DNA of 64,000 nt from contig OZ024750.1 in the NCBI GenBank assembly GCA_964016885.1, positions 1,240,001-1,304,000 of the forward strand, written 5' to 3'. The position numbers and the translations under genes are program-made. Origin of the DNA: Eledone cirrhosa. Taxonomy: Eukaryota. Below are positions 58,713 to 64,000 of the stretch, piece after piece. Numbering within the stretch: position 1 is the first letter of the stretch; each line of letters begins with the position of its first letter. The notes below the pieces were generated by a model. That model worked only from the letters and a program-made list of their open reading frames with translations, ran no database searches and was not told the DNA's origin.

Positions 58713-58765
58713 ACTGCCTGTGCATCGAGTGCTCATGTTCGTGCCACCAACAGCAATCCACTGAA

Positions 58766-58822
<57 letters not shown>

Positions 58823-58974
58823 AAACATTGGTCATTATATTCATACGTTTTCATGCATATTATTTCATGCAATAATTGTACATACTGTGATGATGATGAT
58901 TGTCAGAACTGACGAACGGAGGAACACAGAATATAAGGCTTTTCTATAACATTCTTCTACACACACGCACACAC

Positions 58975-59015
<41 letters not shown>

Positions 59016-60399
59016 CCACATATATCTTCTCCTAGTTCTACTTCTTTCCCGCCTCCTCCTTATTATTATGCTGGTTGCAGGCTAAGCTATCTCCTCCACA
59101 TTTTTCACAACTATTTTCTGTAAAACTGTATTCCATTCGAGTTATACGTCCTTTGAGAAAGTGATATATATAAAATAAAAACATAAATAACAGTGCATGA
59201 AAGGATTGTCAGGAAAAACTTGTCAGTTATAAACCAAAAAAACATAACTTTCTTTCAATTAAGCTGCTAGGATAGTCTACTATAACATTAATTGCAATCT
59301 TAATGTAACATGGATAAAAGAGTGTAAAAATAAACAAATGGATACAGAAAAGTATTTGAAGTGTATATAAGTTAAAATGGCGGTTAAAATCTGGTTGTAT
59401 TCAACTACAACATAGGTATATATTGTCAAGTAATGAGGTAAGAAACGAAAAGATTTAAGAATCTGAAGATGCTAAAAACAGCGCATCTTGCAGCAATATC
59501 AAAGCATCTAACCTTAGAAAGTAAGTCTAGTATCAGTATCATCATTAAGACATATATTAAAATAACTAATATCACAGATAACACCCCGAATATTAATTCC
59601 TGATACCACATGCCACCTCCAAATCACAATGTCGATTTAGGCAATTGCATTCAATCACTATAATGCTAACAGAAGATATATTTCCTTTGTTAATACAATA
59701 ATATATCTTCACTAACAGTAATCATCATCAGTATTGCTTTAGATATAATTCCTTGTCAGCCACACAAAACTCATGCTACACTGTATTACTGAATAGACAG
59801 GGCAAATATATTATCTAGTAATATAAAGCTTTGAAACAAAATACTGTTAAGGCAGTAGTATTAATTATACTAACTGCCAAGAAGGAGTTATGTATTCAAG
59901 TTGACCTGTCCATTTCAGTTACGCATTTAATAATAGTGGGTTTATAAGATTACGGAGATCACGAATCTCTGAAGGAATCTATTGTTGTTTATGAGTTTCT
60001 TCTGCTGTTGTTTGCTCTTTTCTTGGACTATTCACTGCCAAATTTATATTCTGTTTAGTACAGTGGAGGTTTTACGGAAGAAATTGTTTTGTCATAAAAG
60101 ACTTTCTCTACATTTGCCTGTATGTTGCTCCCTCGAGCCCTCTCAGTGAGATCTATCACAGTAAACAAAAATATGTCTCTTACATTATATATGTAGTGGC
60201 GTAATATGTTGTTGTGTAAACCCTTGGCAACCCTTAATTAACTATTTAGTATTAAGAGGAGGGGGTCTCGATAAGGGGGGACGTCGGAGAAAAACCTAGA
60301 CTTTTCTTTCTGTTGGCCGTTTATTATCTTCCCTTTATAGGTCATTTTAGTGTGCCAGTCATGTACGTCTTGTCATGATGCTCATAGCACCATTTTATA

Positions 60400-61300
60400 T
60401 TCGTAGTTTATTCCATTTTCTTTTATGTAGAAATTGGCAACCCACATACGACTAGAATAATCCATAATGGGTTTAGTGTATTGCTTGCAAAATTATTGTT
60501 GTTTTCTTCTGTTGGTACCTGTGATTCTACTCTACATGTTCAACGTCTTTTTAGTTTTTGTTATGTCTTCACTTTGTGACATGAATGGTGTGGAGATGTA
60601 TTTAACATGTAATATGTTTGTCTTCTGTGTGTGTTGTATGAGGTGTGTGACAATGAATTTTATTTGCTGTTCTCTGGTAGCGCTGGTAAAAACGAAGACA
60701 GTTGATTTGATAGGTTTTACTTAACGTTTGTTGTGGTGGAATTCTATTTTAAGTGATTTATGTCAGAATATAATACTGGTCTATAAACTGATGCGACAGC
60801 GTAGGTGTGATGTCATGTGAATATAGCTGACAGTATGTTTTGTAAAGATTTTGGAATATGCGTGGGATATCACCAACGTACTGACAACCGTATCTGCATA
60901 TGTAGCTGTCAATATGTATTGTCGAAGTGTAGAAAGGTCGTGTAGTTTGTTATAAGTTGAAAGTTTTGGGTGAGAGAACAAATTACAATTCTTAGATGAG
61001 TTTTTCCTATGAAATACATAGGTTTGGCAATTTGACAGATTGTTTGCCAAAATTTTGTACGGTTTCTTAATCGGTCTTTAAGTATTTTCTAGTGGTGCGT
61101 TAAAAGTCTTTTATTTCATTGCTTCACTGTATTACACAATATACTGATAGAATTGTAGGCAACATTTCGTGTGTAGACAGATGTAAACAGACTTTTCTGC
61201 ACTCATACTATCTCCTGAGACAGAATTAAGAGGGATTAGCTCAACTGGTTTGATAATATTTTGGGATTTCCTTGACAGGATATCTAGACTGTCACATTAC
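60400..61300 (-). pseudogene. Decayed non-LTR RT remnant
   Basis: Ordered motifs KPVELIP, AYNSI, LSPKTFNL (~60953-60976) and ATYAD (60892-60906). Confidence 0.55.
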
Positions 61301-61517
61301 ACCTTATAGGATTTATGACAGCATTAGATGTTAAACAATTTCCTTTATAATAATTATTAAATAAACTAGTATAATGGAACCTACCGTGTTACATATACTT
61401 AACTCGGCTCCGAAGAGGCCAAGGAAGGAGCAAAGGGCATTAGGAGAAAGATGTAAACAGCAATAGATCAAAGAATTCACGATAACATTCAGGAGAGGCA
61501 CAATATATTTTATTATA

Positions 61518-61929
61518 TATAAACGTTTGAATTTGTAAAGCCAAACAATGCAAGTATTGACATAGAATAAAAAAAAAAAATGCAAATGCAAAAGATATTG
61601 TTGACAATTAGTCTTTTACCTTAGATTTATTTAAATGTCCTTAATTTTCGAGATAATATCTCTTCTTCGGAGGGAAGTAAAGCGGTTAAACCAGTGTTTT
61701 AAATAGCTTGCCAAATTATTTCCTGTCAGCATGACTTGGCAAGCTATTTAGAACACTGGTTTAACCGCTTTACTTCCCTCCGAAGAAGAGATATTATCTC
61801 GAAAATTAAGGACATTTAAATAAATCTAAGGTAAAAGACTAATTGTCAACAATATCTTTTGCATTTGCATTCTTTTTTATTTTATGTCCATACCTGCTTT
61901 GTTTGGCTTTACAAATTCAAACGTTTATA
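61518..61929. mobile_element. PLE pLTR inverted pair, ~195-bp arms, HHR in each arm
   Basis: Arms 61518-61714 and 61736-61929. CCT-CCGAAGA-a-GAGAT-att-ATCTC-GAAA-ATTA-AGG at 61777-61811 (+) and 61639-61673 (-). Confidence 0.78.
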
Positions 61930-61999
61930 CATCAACTATAACTTCCTCCTTTATTATATATATATCTCCTCCTCTCTTACGATACATATATCCTCTCAT

Positions 62000-62213
62000 T
62001 GGATTGGCAGTATCGGTAGAGGGTCGGACGCCATGATTGGCAGTATCGGTAGAGGGTCGGACGCCATGCTTTGCAGCAAAGAGTTACGGCCCTTTATGAT
62101 CTAAGTTCAAATCCCGCCGAGGTTATCCTTGCCTTTCATCCTTACGGGGTCGATAAAATAAAGTACCAGTAATACACTGGGATAATTGCTAGCCTTGTGC
62201 CAAAAGTAGAAAC

Positions 62214-62218
<5 letters not shown>
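62000..62218 (+). mobile_element. SINE with a tandemly duplicated 33-bp head
   Basis: 62002-62034 is repeated at 62035-62067. Confidence 0.9.
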
Positions 62219-62256
<38 letters not shown>

Positions 62257-62551
62257 GTTATTCCGGGTTGAATCGGAGGTAACCACAGTAAGTAAGGTAC
62301 TCAATACATAGGAGAGTATAAAAGTTTTAATATAGATGAGATTCTACAGGACTAGAACTGTAGAATCTCATCTATATTAAGACTTATATATAGGCTGGAA
62401 TTTTGATAGACTGCATCAAAACGAGATCCTCAGTTATATTTCTGAGCCTAGATATAACATTTACTACCAAAACCACGCACAAACGCACAATCGCATACAT
62501 ACACGCTCATAGACACATACAATAACACACACACACACACACACACACAAA

Positions 62552-62596
<45 letters not shown>

Positions 62597-62914
62597 TCAC
62601 GAATACATTTTCACTCACATATGTCACAACTATATTATTTACTTATGCCAATTACTTAACAATATCGTCTGGTTAACAAGCACATCCTTCTTGTACAGAT
62701 GCGTGTGTGTATTTATGTTTATATATATGTGTACGTTTATTTGTGTATAGGAGATAATGATGTACACATCCGCAAAGACATAAATTCACACACACACATA
62801 TGTGTATGCATATATACACGCATACATACATATATACATACATACATGCATACAGGCTTTCATGTAGACAAACACGCTAGTATAAGTTTTGCTTTCAGAC
62901 ATAAGTCTAACTAC

Positions 62915-62957
<43 letters not shown>

Positions 62958-63104
62958 TGTGTATTTTTGAGTGTGTATGTGCGTGTCGATTTTCTATCAG
63001 TAAACAACATTCTCATGTTTGGCTTTGTGCCATTATACAGGGAAGTGCCACAAGACTGTGTCTTTTCGGGTGAATATAAATACATATAATGATTTCTTAA
63101 ACGG

Positions 63105-63186
<82 letters not shown>

Positions 63187-63358
63187 GCACACCGGCGCGT
63201 CCAGTCCAGCGCGTGGACATATATTTTTTATGTTAATCTCCTAGTTTTAGACATTGGACTAAAGCCATGCTTGGACAACGCCTTCAAGTCTTTAGCCGTT
63301 CATATCAACCCGTCTATGTATACTTATAGGCGTGGCTCCAATCATCTCAACCGTTATA

Positions 63359-63568
63359 TGTTAGCTTAGCTTACAAGACCCCGTGTCTTGAGACACACGA
63401 GGCAGCCAACGTGGTCCAATAATTACGGTCAGCTGCATTTAACAATATAACCTTCCAACGTTTGTTGACGTTTTTCAAATCTCTGTCGATTGGCTGCCGC
63501 CAGTTCATCTTGGTGCATCCCCTTCGCCTGTTTTAGCGAGGGCACCAATATAGGACCTGTAGAAACAC
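63359..63568 (-). mobile_element. RTE-clade LINE 3' fragment
   Basis: QVLYWCPR*NRRRGCTKMNWRQPIDRDLK...W...AADRNYW; short ctaag tail repeat. Confidence 0.7.
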
Positions 63569-64000
63569 ATTCTACTACGGGGAATAATAAAAACAGACTT
63601 TTCTTTTTTTTATTTGTATATATGATACTTTCACAGACACAGGCCCCATTACAATGTACCCCTACCTAAGCTCCCTCTCTGACACACACACACACAAATA
63701 CTCCACTACCCAATAAATGTAGATTTAATTAAGTGTAGGCCGCGATAATTGAGGTGATGAGCCAAAAATAATTGCTGATTAATTCAGATTACAGCACTAA
63801 TGAGAAAAAAGTAATCAGTTTTAATGAAAATTCATTTGCATACAGGTCAAGGAAGAGAACTTACGAAATTTTAATCAACGAAAATATAATTCTAATAAAG
63901 ACAGTCAGAGATTACGACGTTTCAAAAGTCATGGAGATAATTACTGACACGTTTCGATATAATTGAATCTCCTCAGTAAAATATTGTTTTCTCAGCCACA

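Noticed and set aside
59426-59611. Hydrophobic ORF as a membrane receptor exon
   Set aside because: Short, expected by chance in AT-rich DNA, and no family motif.

Overview
AT-rich eukaryotic non-coding DNA dense in (TA)n, (CA)n, (GA)n and (ATGT)n microsatellites. The SINE types and repeat landscape resemble a cephalopod (Octopus-like) genome; this is an inference. No host protein-coding gene could be supported, and almost all listed ORFs are microsatellite translations. The window holds: one near-full-length but disrupted L1/Tx1-clade LINE on the minus strand (~36.9-42.3 kb) in a GA/GATA tract; many copies of a tRNA-derived SINE; fragments of RTE, CR1, R4/Dong-like and other LINEs; mariner-type MITEs; and 33-bp and 15-bp minisatellites. 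The most striking signal is about a dozen short Penelope-like (PLE) remnants from many unrelated families, mostly embedded in (TA)n tracts. They carry minimal hammerhead ribozyme (HHR) cores and are usually arranged as two inverted 3' ends facing outward, often folding back at HHR stem II. One copy (42994-43702) shows the geometry expected from twin priming. All coordinates were read by eye and may be off by a few bases.
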